Virus record (IMG/VR): IMGVR_UViG_3300030493_000012
Strand: one strand, 5' to 3'
DNA: 64,000 nucleotides
Source of the DNA: a virus
How positions within the stretch are numbered: position 1 is the first letter of the stretch; every line of letters begins with the position of its first letter. The notes beneath the pieces are model-generated. The model was not told the DNA's origin. It did no database searches and worked only from the letters and a program-made list of their open reading frames with translations. A program made the translations under genes and the position numbers. Positions 1-8,980 of the stretch are shown here, one piece after another.

Positions 1-2
1 AA

Positions 3-934
3 GAAATGCTGGCGAACGTGATAGAAAAAGAAAAACATAAATATGCCGAAATAGATAAAAGCGTTAATAGATTTCATATTGAAACCTTTTTTGGACGAAA
101 ATCTGGACAAGACCAAATTTCAGGATTCTCAGCGCAACCATCTGCGCCAAGCATACACGCAAACCAACAACCATTCACCGAACCACTTTTTTATACCAAT
201 TTCGTGATAGAAAATCAAATTCAAGAAAAAATGATTGGATACTCTGTTTCTGATGCCGAGATAAATTTTCCAGATGTGGTTGAAAACAAATACAAATTCA
301 CAAAAACTGGATTGTCGGTGTTATCAAAACGCGAAAAATGGCTAAATTCAAGAGAATGGTATCAAAAAAGAAACATTACATGGAAAAGAGGCTTTTTGTT
401 ACACGGCAAGCCGGGAAACGGAAAAGTTCGTTAGTTCTTGAAATAGCAAAGAAATTAAAAATTCCTATTTATATTTTAGACCTATCCTCAATGAGCAACG
501 AAGAATTTGAAGAAATCATAGACAAAAGAATCACGTGCGAATCTTCAATTTTACTTATAGAAGATATTGATAATATTTTTGACAAAAGAACAAACATAAC
601 AAGAACACAAAATTCTTGCGGTTTAACTTTTGATTTTTTATTAAATAAAATTTCTGGCGTTAATTCTATCCAAAATAAGCTGCTTTTTATTACGACCAAC
701 CATATAGACAAAATTGATGAAGCATTAATTAGGCCGGGAAGAATTGACGAAATCGTAGAATTGCAGCCATTAAATTATAATGAAAAACTTTGTTTAGCCG
801 AAAATATTATAAATAATGATAAACTAATACCTCGCGCTCTGGAAGATGGAAAAGACGACACAACAGCAGAATTTGAAAATCGGTGTATTAGAATTGCGAC
901 TGATAACTTTTGGAATAAAACGATTGACATTTAG
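3..934 (+). CDS. BCS1-like AAA+ ATPase, 5'-truncated by the window edge and interrupted by a -1 frameshift in Walker A (ORFs 6..434 and 338..934)
   Basis: ORF1 ends WYQKRNITWKRGFLLHGKPGNGK. ORF2 continues SSLVLEIAKKL...LLIEDID (Walker B)...ITTNHIDKIDEALIRPGRID (sensor and Arg finger). The join is at GGAAAAGT, 420-427. Confidence 0.8.
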
Positions 935-952
935 CATAAAATGCTTTATTCT
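924..952 (+). promoter_or_regulatory. sigma70-type promoter TTGACA-N17-TATTCT
   Basis: TTGACA at 924-929 and TATTCT at 947-952, upstream of ATG 971. Confidence 0.7.
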
Positions 953-970
953 TTATAAAAGAACAAAATT

Positions 971-1537
971 ATGGAAAAATATCAAGAAAGAGTAATTATT
1001 GAAAAGAAAGAACTAGACGAAAAGCGCGGAAAACTTCTTAAGTTTATTGCTGGCCGTTTTAAGATGTCACCAAAGGAACAGTCTCAGCTTAATCGCCAAC
1101 TTGAGGCTATGACGTTGTATTCCAACATTTTAGAGGAAAGAATTCGCGGTTTTAATACTGTAGAAAAAGAAATTTGTAATTGGCACGAAAATCAAAATGG
1201 TTTTTATTGGACAGATTGTTTAAATACAATTCCTATTGAGGAATATTGTCCAAAATGTCATGTTTATTGCAAACACTGTGCAAGGCCGCTCTTAATTCAT
1301 AAAATTAAACCACTTATTAAATACGAAAGGAAGCCGGTGTGTCCGTCTTGCTACACGAGTGGCGGTGTCAAAATTGTAGAAGGACAAGCGCGATGTTTAA
1401 ACTGTGGAACGTGGTGGATGATGCCTTTGCCTTTAGAAAAGACACCAGAAAATACTCAAAATGATTGTGGAACAGACTCCAAACCAAGAACAATTCCTGA
1501 ATTTACATCCATGCCACCAGTTGAAATTCCTATTTAA
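971..1537 (+). CDS. hypothetical protein: crAss001_48-like N-terminal helical domain plus Cys-rich (zinc-ribbon) C-terminus
   Basis: N-terminus YQERVIIEKKELDEK...QLEAMTLYSNILEERI resembles a common small phage family. Several CxxC pairs follow. Confidence 0.55.
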   Translation: MEKYQERVIIEKKELDEKRGKLLKFIAGRFKMSPKEQSQLNRQLEAMTLYSNILEERIRGFNTVEKEICNWHENQNGFYWTDCLNTIPIEEYCPKCHVYCKHCARPLLIHKIKPLIKYERKPVCPSCYTSGGVKIVEGQARCLNCGTWWMMPLPLEKTPENTQNDCGTDSKPRTIPEFTSMPPVEIPI

Positions 1538-1545
1538 AATATTTT

Positions 1546-1893
1546 ATGAACACAAACCAACACTCGATATTCTTACGAGAATATGCTGAAAGTTGCAAGC
1601 CTCCATTTGGAAACGGAGCAAATCACCTAATGCTTGCGGCTGCTAATGAGATTGACAAACTCACTTTTCTACTACAAAAAGCGGAAACACAGATTAAAGA
1701 ATGCGATGCTAAGATTGACGGCCTCACTATTGACCGTAAATATTTATGCGAATATATCCGTTCTGCCGATTCTTCAAAGTATGGTATAATCTGTAATATT
1801 ACTTCTAAAGATTTAGCGGAACCAATAGAAAAATATATGGAAGAAGAAGTTTCTCAAAAGGAGTTTGAGACCGAGTTTGGAAAACATTCTTAA
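1546..1893 (+). CDS. hypothetical protein
   Basis: 115-aa ORF, tightly packed in the + strand early cluster. Confidence 0.6.
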   Translation: MNTNQHSIFLREYAESCKPPFGNGANHLMLAAANEIDKLTFLLQKAETQIKECDAKIDGLTIDRKYLCEYIRSADSSKYGIICNITSKDLAEPIEKYMEEEVSQKEFETEFGKHS

Positions 1894-1898
1894 AAGTT

Positions 1899-2237
1899 AT
1901 GAAAAAGCCAGAACAATGGATGGAAAAAATAAAAATTCCATCGGCGCAATATGGAATAGTTTATGAGTCTTGGATTGAATTTATTAAAGAGATTCAAGAT
2001 GATGCTGTTAAAAATGCAGCAGTATCAATCGAATTGGCGGAAAAGAATGATGCACTTGAGGCAAGAAACCAAGAACTCGAAAAGTTTCTTTCTGAATGCG
2101 TCAATCTGGACTGTAAAATTATTCCAACGAGCCAAGCGAGCCCAGAATTAATTGCTCATTCGCAAACTTGTGGCTGTTTTATTTCTTTGCCGGACAACAC
2201 AGGATTAATATTAGCATTAAAAAATTATCAAAAATAA
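1899..2237 (+). CDS. hypothetical protein
   Basis: 112-aa ORF, tightly packed. Confidence 0.6.
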   Translation: MKKPEQWMEKIKIPSAQYGIVYESWIEFIKEIQDDAVKNAAVSIELAEKNDALEARNQELEKFLSECVNLDCKIIPTSQASPELIAHSQTCGCFISLPDNTGLILALKNYQK

Positions 2238-2246
2238 TAAAAATCT

Positions 2247-2774
2247 ATGAATCACGACTTAACATGGTACGAAAACGTGCTAGACCTTGAAGCAGAAAAA
2301 TCAAGGTTAATTAGCAAAATAACCGAACTTCAAACCGCGCTTGGAAAAGCTCAGGACGAAATTCAAGCAAATAAGAAAACTTCTGAAACATGGCAAGAAA
2401 TGTGTCGTTCTGCCGAAATGGATTATAAAAACCTCGTTGACTTTTTAGATGGAAATCCTCCAGATGACTACAGGCTTCATGTCAAGGTTACAGCGGAAAG
2501 GTTCCTTGAAAACACCGTACCCAAAACAAGTTTTGTCAATGAATATGATTTATATCTAATGGCAGATTTGCAAGCACGGCTCTTAATCGAAGAAAGTAAG
2601 ACTAAAGAGACGGCTAAAAAACTTAAAGAGCGCGATGCTCTAGTCGAAAGACTCCTTAATGAACGCGAGGTAACTTTAAATTATATTTGCGCCACACAAA
2701 AGGTCGTTGACATTCCAAGTAAAGTTAAAAAATATATCGAACAATGGACTTTTGACAAAAACTGGCCCGCTTAA
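2247..2774 (+). CDS. hypothetical coiled-coil protein
   Basis: 175-aa ORF with heptad-like, charged helical segments. Confidence 0.6.
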   Translation: MNHDLTWYENVLDLEAEKSRLISKITELQTALGKAQDEIQANKKTSETWQEMCRSAEMDYKNLVDFLDGNPPDDYRLHVKVTAERFLENTVPKTSFVNEYDLYLMADLQARLLIEESKTKETAKKLKERDALVERLLNEREVTLNYICATQKVVDIPSKVKKYIEQWTFDKNWPA

Positions 2775-2775
2775 A

Positions 2776-2931
2776 ATGGAGACAGTTTCCACAAAAATGA
2801 AAATTCAAATAAAATTCGTTATTCAAGATTTGTGGATTGGCGTTTATTGGAAAAGAGACAAAATTGAAACCAAAGTTTATATATGCGTTATTCCGTGTTT
2901 TCCAGTTATTCTTACCTTTCAAAAACATTGA
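2776..2931 (+). CDS. small hypothetical protein (DLWIGVYW motif)
   Basis: ATG 2776 lies just after the previous stop and is in frame with track ORF 2707..2931. Confidence 0.5.
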   Translation: METVSTKMKIQIKFVIQDLWIGVYWKRDKIETKVYICVIPCFPVILTFQKH

Positions 2932-2956
2932 CACAAGCAACAAAATACAGTATTCT
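2928..2956 (+). promoter_or_regulatory. sigma70-type promoter TTGACA-N17-TATTCT, probably leaderless
   Basis: TTGACA at 2928-2933, TATTCT at 2951-2956, ATG at 2963 six nt later. Confidence 0.7.
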
Positions 2957-2962
2957 TTAAAT

Positions 2963-3274
2963 ATGACACCAAAAGAAACGCTCAAATATTTGGAAACAGA
3001 GTTTAACTCATTGCAAAAGCAAGAAAAAGACCTGAATGACAAAATCTGGCTTTTTGCAGAAGCTATGGATTTTGATAATGTTGATAATATTCAAAATAGA
3101 AAATGGAGAGATGTTTCTGATGTTGATTTAGACCTCGGCGCATCCTGTATTATTTGTCAAGTTTGGCCGGATGGAACCAGAAGCAAACCATGTGTTGCGG
3201 TTTGGACGGCGAATGGGTGGAATTATGTATCTGGTGTTGGTTTTGGAGAATTTAAGATTCAGGTTTTGTGTTAA
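2963..3274 (+). CDS. hypothetical protein (start moved from 2837 to 2963)
   Basis: In-frame ATG directly after the promoter; this start avoids overlap with the upstream gene. Confidence 0.6.
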   Translation: MTPKETLKYLETEFNSLQKQEKDLNDKIWLFAEAMDFDNVDNIQNRKWRDVSDVDLDLGASCIICQVWPDGTRSKPCVAVWTANGWNYVSGVGFGEFKIQVLC

Positions 3275-3289
3275 ATTCAATTTTTTAAG

Positions 3290-3460
3290 ATGAAGATTAA
3301 ATGCCATTGGTGCGGCAAAAAGAATCGAACGGCTTCAAATTGGGAACAGATGTCAGTAACAAGAGGATGGCTTGCTCTATGCATTAAATGTGCTAATAGG
3401 AGGCTTAAAAATCCATACAATGCACTCCTTGAAATTCGAGAATGCCTAAAAAATAAATAA
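3290..3460 (+). CDS. small putative zinc-binding protein, 56 aa, absent from the ORF track
   Basis: Translated by hand as MKIKCHWCGKKN...LCIKCANRRLKNPY... It has two CxxC pairs and fills the 3274-3476 gap. Confidence 0.6.
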   Translation: MKIKCHWCGKKNRTASNWEQMSVTRGWLALCIKCANRRLKNPYNALLEIRECLKNK

Positions 3461-3475
3461 TTCAAATTATTAATC

Positions 3476-3844
3476 ATGGAAAGATTTATAAGAATAAAAG
3501 AAGGTCTTATATTAAACTTTAAAACTCTAACTTGGAATGATGGCTGGGAATTTGAACGTCCAAGTTTGATGTTGTCTCCAATTATCAGATGCTGGGAAAG
3601 GCAAATGTGTCACGAACAAATGGTAGAAAACGTTCTGATTGATGCTGTCGTCGAAGGATTTCTAAAAGATGAAAGTTTTGAGGAAACTTGGGGATGGAGA
3701 GGTTATAATTTAAAATATTTACAACGAAAATTTCGAGAATCGTTAGCCGGAAAGTCCTTTCCAAAGGTTAATTATATAGCAGAACAAAGTTCAGCAGAAA
3801 TTATCAGAGACGAAGATGATGAATTAGCTTGGGAAATATTATGA
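3476..3844 (+). CDS. hypothetical protein
   Basis: 122-aa ORF; its stop overlaps the ATG of the PHP gene (ATGA). Confidence 0.6.
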   Translation: MERFIRIKEGLILNFKTLTWNDGWEFERPSLMLSPIIRCWERQMCHEQMVENVLIDAVVEGFLKDESFEETWGWRGYNLKYLQRKFRESLAGKSFPKVNYIAEQSSAEIIRDEDDELAWEIL

Positions 3845-4614
3845 TTCAGCCTTATTTTAGCTCAAATTATTCGATTGGCCGCTCTTTATTTACTTTAGAG
3901 CCACCAGAAGAGATTAAAAACAACTCACCAGTTTCGCTGTTTTCTGTCGCCAAGCAAGAAAAACTAGATAAAATTGTTTTAGTTGATTCCTCGATGACAG
4001 GCTTTATTAAAGCTCACCTTGAGGCTCAAAAGCAAAATATTCAGTTAATGTATGGTATTAAGTTTATTGTGTGCCACGATATTAATGACAAATCAGACGA
4101 AAGCCGCAAAACAGAATCTAAATTAATTGTATTTATGAAAAATTCGGCGGCTTATTCTGAAATGTGTAGATTGTATTCCAAAAGCTGGGTTGATGGAAAG
4201 TATTATACAAATAGGCTGGACTGGAAATATTTGAATGAAACAAAAAGCGCGAATTTTAGTTATGCCGTGCCTTTTTACGACGGCTTTATTCATCTAAATA
4301 CTTATGGAAACGGCCAATCTGTTCCTGATATTGCAAAATTAGAGCCAACTTTCTTCACTGAGGAACATGAGCTACCAATTGATAATTTGTTACGAAAATC
4401 AGTTCTAAAATACACAGAGCAAAATAAGTACGCAACAGTTGAAATGCACAGAACTTTGTATTTGAATAATGATGACTTTTTGGCTTTGCAAGTTTTAAGG
4501 CTGGCCACAGGCCGAGGCGGCTCAACAGATAAACCAAGTATTGATAAGCCTAACATTGATGGCTATGCAAGCAATAAGTTTAGTTGGCAGTATTATAAGG
4601 AAACAAAATTATGA
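3841..4614 (+). CDS. stand-alone PHP domain of DNA polymerase III alpha, metal ligands degenerate
   Basis: FSSNYSIGRS matches HxHSxYSLLD. KIVLVDSSMTGFIKAH...NIQLMYGIKF matches ALAITDH..G.V.F...GIKPIIGCE. It lies 1.6 kb upstream of a dnaE that lacks PHP. Confidence 0.75.
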   Translation: MIQPYFSSNYSIGRSLFTLEPPEEIKNNSPVSLFSVAKQEKLDKIVLVDSSMTGFIKAHLEAQKQNIQLMYGIKFIVCHDINDKSDESRKTESKLIVFMKNSAAYSEMCRLYSKSWVDGKYYTNRLDWKYLNETKSANFSYAVPFYDGFIHLNTYGNGQSVPDIAKLEPTFFTEEHELPIDNLLRKSVLKYTEQNKYATVEMHRTLYLNNDDFLALQVLRLATGRGGSTDKPSIDKPNIDGYASNKFSWQYYKETKL

Positions 4615-4910
4615 CAAAATCAATCAGTTGGTTACTTGAAAACGAGGATAACTTTTCGATATTACTAGGAAAACTCCTTTTATTCGACAGAAACTCTCCA
4701 TATTTTTGGATGAGTGGACTAGTATCTGGATTAAGATTAATTAGCCCACAAGACGAAAAGATGTCGGTTTTACAGATAACGCATCCAATAAATCATAAAA
4801 AGATGTACGCCGTTCTTGACAGAGAAGATTTAATAAAGCATCTTAAGGCATGTGTTGAGATTATCGGCAATGAGGAAAGCGAAAATCTAGTTATTGATTT
4901 TAATCATTAA
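4611..4910 (+). CDS. hypothetical protein
   Basis: 99-aa ORF overlapping the PHP stop. Confidence 0.55.
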   Translation: MTKSISWLLENEDNFSILLGKLLLFDRNSPYFWMSGLVSGLRLISPQDEKMSVLQITHPINHKKMYAVLDREDLIKHLKACVEIIGNEESENLVIDFNH

Positions 4911-5100
4911 AACTGTGAAACCTGAAATTGGCAAAAAATATAAATTAAAAGTTAACGAAGAAGAACTAGAAGGAGTCTGTCGTCGTTATCATGAGAATTA
5001 TTACGGATTAGATATATGGTATTTTGACGGACTTACAAAATTTACCGATTACAAAATTTGTGGCTTTCTTGACAATGAGATTATTGAGGAAATTAAATAA
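4894..5100 (+). CDS. small hypothetical protein, start uncertain
   Basis: 68-aa ORF filling the gap before the exonuclease. Confidence 0.45.
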   Translation: MILIIKTVKPEIGKKYKLKVNEEELEGVCRRYHENYYGLDIWYFDGLTKFTDYKICGFLDNEIIEEIK

Positions 5101-5103
5101 ATT

Positions 5104-5763
5104 ATGCAAGACCTTGGAGAGAAATTACTGAGATTTCGGATTAATAAGGATTTAAAGTACCTGATTTTTGATTGCGAATCGGAATCCCTCAATTTAGGCT
5201 GTAATAATAGACCTTGGAACTTATCTTGGCTAGTCATTGAAAATGGCCAAATCAAAGAAGAATTTGATTTATATCCTTTTATTCATGATTTACAATTAAG
5301 TGAAGGCGCGGCTACAATCACAAGGTTTGATTATAATGATTATAAAAGAAAATCAACTCCAGCCATTGATTGTTATAATACTCTGGCTAAGTACATCTAT
5401 AATCCAGAATATTTGGTGGTTGGGCAAAATTTACTGAATTTCGACTGCTATATGCTGGCTAATTTGCAAAAATATCTTGGAATCAAGCCTGACTTTTCGT
5501 ACATTGAAAGAATCTACGACACAAAAAGCATAAACTTCGCATGGCAAACAGGAGTGCCTTTTCCTAAAATCAAAGATGAAATTCCAGCGTGGATGATAAA
5601 AATGTGCTCTTCTTATAAAAAAGGAATTAAAACTTCAAATATGGCGACGGCAAAAATGTTAGGTGTTAATTACGATATTGCACACGCTCATGAGGGTTTA
5701 AGTGATTGTAAATTGAGCAATGAAATATTTAAACAGTTGATTTGGAAATTAGAAGTATGGTAG
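5104..5763 (+). CDS. DEDDh 3'-5' exonuclease (DnaQ/epsilon-like)
   Basis: ExoI IFDCESE, ExoII GQNLLNFD, then YDT, and ExoIII HEGLSDC. Confidence 0.85.
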   Translation: MQDLGEKLLRFRINKDLKYLIFDCESESLNLGCNNRPWNLSWLVIENGQIKEEFDLYPFIHDLQLSEGAATITRFDYNDYKRKSTPAIDCYNTLAKYIYNPEYLVVGQNLLNFDCYMLANLQKYLGIKPDFSYIERIYDTKSINFAWQTGVPFPKIKDEIPAWMIKMCSSYKKGIKTSNMATAKMLGVNYDIAHAHEGLSDCKLSNEIFKQLIWKLEVW

Positions 5764-5766
5764 AAT
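5737..5766 (+). promoter_or_regulatory. sigma70-type promoter TTGATT-N18-TAGAAT with extended TG, probably leaderless
   Basis: TTGATT at 5737-5742, TGG-TAGAAT at 5758-5766, ATG 5773 six nt after the -10. Confidence 0.55.
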
Positions 5767-5772
5767 AGCATT

Positions 5773-6213
5773 ATGATTAATCTAACAAAAGAACAAATTG
5801 TTGAATCTTTGGAGCGCCTAAAAGATTATTCTCAATGGATGTACTTTTCGGAACTCTGTGGAGAGATGCTTAAAAATCAAAAAGTCACCTTTGAAAACCA
5901 TACTTTTTATTTGTCATTAGCGAAAGACGGATTAATTGAAATGGTTCTTGAAGACGGTGTTATTGGAAGATTTGATTTTCGAATACAAAGAATTGCGCCA
6001 CTAAATAATTTAGTTAACAATGTGGATTTTCAAACAAAACTTATTAGTGTTACTCGCGACGACAGTGAGCATATAGAGTATTTTAATAAAAATGAAGTAA
6101 GAATGTTTATTTGCTCTTTTATTCAAAGGCAAATGGCGTTTACGTTTTTCGCCAGAATGCAACCAGAAACAATTAATGGAATATCAGAGTATTTGGTCGC
6201 TTGTAACAAATAA
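5773..6213 (+). CDS. hypothetical protein
   Basis: 146-aa ORF immediately upstream of dnaE-N. Confidence 0.6.
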   Translation: MINLTKEQIVESLERLKDYSQWMYFSELCGEMLKNQKVTFENHTFYLSLAKDGLIEMVLEDGVIGRFDFRIQRIAPLNNLVNNVDFQTKLISVTRDDSEHIEYFNKNEVRMFICSFIQRQMAFTFFARMQPETINGISEYLVACNK

Positions 6214-6215
6214 TT

Positions 6216-7994
6216 ATGTTCGACAAATTTGAAAAATACGTTTTTCCAAAACTTGGTTATATTAGAATTCCAAAGGCGACTCAAAATAAAGAGGACTTGG
6301 ACACTTTAGGAATTACAACAAAGATTTCTGACGACGAATTTCTATACAAACTAGCTTATTCTGGCCTCGAAAACAAGATTAAAAACAATTTAATTCCAGC
6401 CGACAAACATCAGCAATATAAAGATAGAATTGAATATGAGTATGCTGTAATTTCTAAATTGAAATTTTCCAGCTATCTTTTATTGGTTCGAGATGTCTTG
6501 AATTTTTGCTATAAAAACAATATTTTAACTGGTTATTCGAGAGGAAGTTGCGGTGGCTGTTTAATCCTTTATTTACTAGGTGTTATCAAAATAGACCCAA
6601 TCAGACATGATTTGTTATTTGACCGCTTTATTTCGGCGGCAAGAACAGAAACTAAAGAATTTGATGGCGAGACGTATATTTTATCTGGCTCATTATGTGA
6701 CTTTGACGGGGACTCGGATAGAAACAAAAAACATCTCGTCAATGAATTTCTTGAGTCATTATATCCAAACAGAACGGCGGCAATTAAGAATGTATCAACT
6801 TTTCAGTCTAAAGCACTAATTAAGGATGTTCTTAAAATTTACGAAAACACATCAGAGGAAGACTCTAAAAATGTTTCTGACCTAATTGAGACTGTTTTCG
6901 GACATGTAACTTCTATTGAAGATAGTATTAAAAACAATCCTGCATTTAAAGAGTGGGCCGAAGAGCATAAAATTACTATTTCAATAGCCTCAAAATTAAT
7001 GGATTTTCCAAAAAATGCCAGCGTTCATGCTTCTGGTATTTTATTAAGCGACGAAATTATTGAAGATGTTATTCCGCTTGAATTGGCGTCTGATGGCAGA
7101 ATTGTCACTTGCTATGACATGAATGACGCTCAAATGTTTGGAATTAAGTACGATAATCTTGGACTAAAGAATTTAGGTATTATTCAAGAATGTCTCCACA
7201 TGGTTAAAAAAGACATGATTGATATCAATGTCAATGACCCAAGTATCTATCAGTTTTTGAATACAAGAGACCAATTTTACGGCATTTTTCAGGCAGAAGA
7301 AGGGCTAGGCAAACAGGTTTTAAAAAAACTAGAATGCCAAAATATTGATGACGTAGCTATTTCTATTGCTGTCGGTCGCCCCGGCTCTATGGCTTTTATT
7401 GACGATATTGTTTTAAATAAGAAAAACGGAAATTCCACAAGCGTTGAACCTAGAATTGACGAAGTTTTGAAACCTACCTATTCCATCGTAATTTACCAAG
7501 AGGAATTAATGGAATTATGTAAAGTCATGGCAAACTTCAATCCACAGGAGCGAAATGGAGTGCGGGCTGCGACAGGAAAAAAGGACGTTGCTAAAATGAA
7601 GTCCTATAAAGACAAATTCATTAAGCAAAGTATCGAAAACGGTTTTAAAGAAAGCGTTGTTAATGATATTTGGGATATTTTTGAGAAGAGCGGAAATTAT
7701 TTGTTCAACCGCTGTATTTTTGAAGAATGCGAGGTTGAAACAAAAAATGGAACTAGAAAAATTAAAAACATTAAAACCGGCGATAAAATAAAAGCGTTTA
7801 ACTTAAAAAAGAGAATAAGCGAATTTGTCGCTGTTAAAAATGTATTTATAAATGAAAAGCCGGTATATGAAATAACGCTTGAAAATGGAAGGTCAATAAC
7901 CTGTTCGTTAGAGCATAAAATTCTGTGTGAAGACTTTTTAATGCATACTTTACGAGATATTATGATAAATAATCTCAAAATTGCTAGTTCATAA
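6216..7994 (+). CDS. dnaE: DNA polymerase III alpha, N-terminal half (palm/thumb/fingers) fused to split-intein N fragment
   Basis: RIEYE..I.KLKFSSY, RGSCGG, DLLFDRF, catalytic DFDGD, HASG, DNLGL, GIFQ, RPG, YQEE and GNYLFNR, followed by the intein Cys1. Confidence 0.95.
   Translation: MFDKFEKYVFPKLGYIRIPKATQNKEDLDTLGITTKISDDEFLYKLAYSGLENKIKNNLIPADKHQQYKDRIEYEYAVISKLKFSSYLLLVRDVLNFCYKNNILTGYSRGSCGGCLILYLLGVIKIDPIRHDLLFDRFISAARTETKEFDGETYILSGSLCDFDGDSDRNKKHLVNEFLESLYPNRTAAIKNVSTFQSKALIKDVLKIYENTSEEDSKNVSDLIETVFGHVTSIEDSIKNNPAFKEWAEEHKITISIASKLMDFPKNASVHASGILLSDEIIEDVIPLELASDGRIVTCYDMNDAQMFGIKYDNLGLKNLGIIQECLHMVKKDMIDINVNDPSIYQFLNTRDQFYGIFQAEEGLGKQVLKKLECQNIDDVAISIAVGRPGSMAFIDDIVLNKKNGNSTSVEPRIDEVLKPTYSIVIYQEELMELCKVMANFNPQERNGVRAATGKKDVAKMKSYKDKFIKQSIENGFKESVVNDIWDIFEKSGNYLFNRCIFEECEVETKNGTRKIKNIKTGDKIKAFNLKKRISEFVAVKNVFINEKPVYEITLENGRSITCSLEHKILCEDFLMHTLRDIMINNLKIASS
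7713..7991 (+). mobile_element. split intein N fragment (IntN, 93 aa)
   Basis: Block A CIFEECEVETKNG..KIKNIKTGDKI and block B YEITLENGRSITCSLEHKIL, then a stop. The pattern resembles gp41-type split inteins. Confidence 0.9.
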
Positions 7995-8832
7995 CAACAG
8001 AAGCATGTGTGTCGCCTCTTTTTATTCCATTTATCGTCATGTACGGGATTGAGTATTTTTTTGATATATCAATCATCCTAATTCCGTCTTTGATGTCTTT
8101 TTTTATTTTTTTTACAAAATCTTCTGTATATTTATGTTTTTCTTCTTGTACTTTTCGGTCTAATATTTCTTGTATATTATCGTCAACTTTTATATGAGAC
8201 CATGTTTTTCCTCTTTTAATATTACTTATGACAGTCGTTGATACTCCAAACTCTTTAGAAAGATTTTTAAGCAGTTCTCCTTTTGAGAGCCTGGTTTTTA
8301 TGTCTAAAACTTTTAAATTTGTTAGTTTTGACATTTCTGACATTTCTCCGGTATGCCTTTCTCTTATTCTTTGTCTCCCCTCTTTTGATATTTCGCAATT
8401 TAATGCTCTAAATGCTGATTTTGAAATATTAAACCCATTTTCACCAAAAGGCTTAACATAATCAAGAAGTTCTTGCTCTCTGTTTTTTAATGCTATTCTA
8501 TTATCGTTTAATATTTCTAATATTCCGAATTTAAAATTTTCAATTCCATGTTTTTTAACAGAATTTACAAGCGGAAAATTATTTCTAACCTGTCGCCTAT
8601 TAAAGATTCCCAAATAAGATAATAGTCTATTCCACAAGCAAACGGCACTTCCGATATAGATTCTATTGTCTATTAAACTTAACCAAAAATAAATACCTGA
8701 TTTTCTTTTTAAAAAATCTCTGCATTCCGAGTTTTCCGAAAGCTCGATGTTGATAGTGTTTAATTTTATTTTGTTATTTGTGACCACCGAGCCTTTATCA
8801 AAAAACAATTGACAATACAACAATTTACTCAT
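7984..8832 (-). CDS. GIY-YIG homing endonuclease with two C-terminal HTH-like repeats
   Basis: KSGIYFWLSLIDNRIYIGSA...R...HGIENFKFGILE...REQELLD...GFN. C-terminal repeats DIKTRLSKG...LSKEFGVSTTVISNIKRG and KIKKDIKDG...ISKKYSIPYMTINGIKRG. ATG 8832 is preferred over GTG 8847. Confidence 0.9.
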   Translation of the reverse strand: MSKLLYCQLFFDKGSVVTNNKIKLNTINIELSENSECRDFLKRKSGIYFWLSLIDNRIYIGSAVCLWNRLLSYLGIFNRRQVRNNFPLVNSVKKHGIENFKFGILEILNDNRIALKNREQELLDYVKPFGENGFNISKSAFRALNCEISKEGRQRIRERHTGEMSEMSKLTNLKVLDIKTRLSKGELLKNLSKEFGVSTTVISNIKRGKTWSHIKVDDNIQEILDRKVQEEKHKYTEDFVKKIKKDIKDGIRMIDISKKYSIPYMTINGIKRGDTHASVVMN

Positions 8833-8837
8833 ATACT
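8809..8837 (+). promoter_or_regulatory. sigma70-type promoter TTGACA-N17-TATACT for dnaE-C, overlapping the 5' end of the antisense GIY-YIG gene
   Basis: TTGACA at 8809-8814, TATACT at 8832-8837, ATG at 8861. Confidence 0.75.
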
Positions 8838-8860
8838 GTATATACACGCAAATTTGTTAA

Positions 8861-8980
8861 ATGAATATAGAATTTTCAAAAATAAAATCAATTAAATCGC
8901 TTGGCGTAAAAAAAACCATTGATTTAGAGGTTGACAGTGAATTTCACAATTTTTACTGTGGAGATATTATTGTGAGCAAC
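8861..8980 (+). mobile_element. split intein C fragment (IntC, 40 aa)
   Basis: MNIEFSKIKSIKSLGVKKTIDLEVDSEFHNFYCGDIIVSN contains block F (D.EV...HNF) and a terminal Asn, followed by Ser+1. Confidence 0.9.

Noticed and set aside
432-434. TAG recoding (alternative genetic code) as an explanation for the ATPase break
   Set aside because: Reading through this TAG meets another TAG and then TAA within a few codons. The homologous sequence continues in another frame, and long genes elsewhere are intact under code 11.
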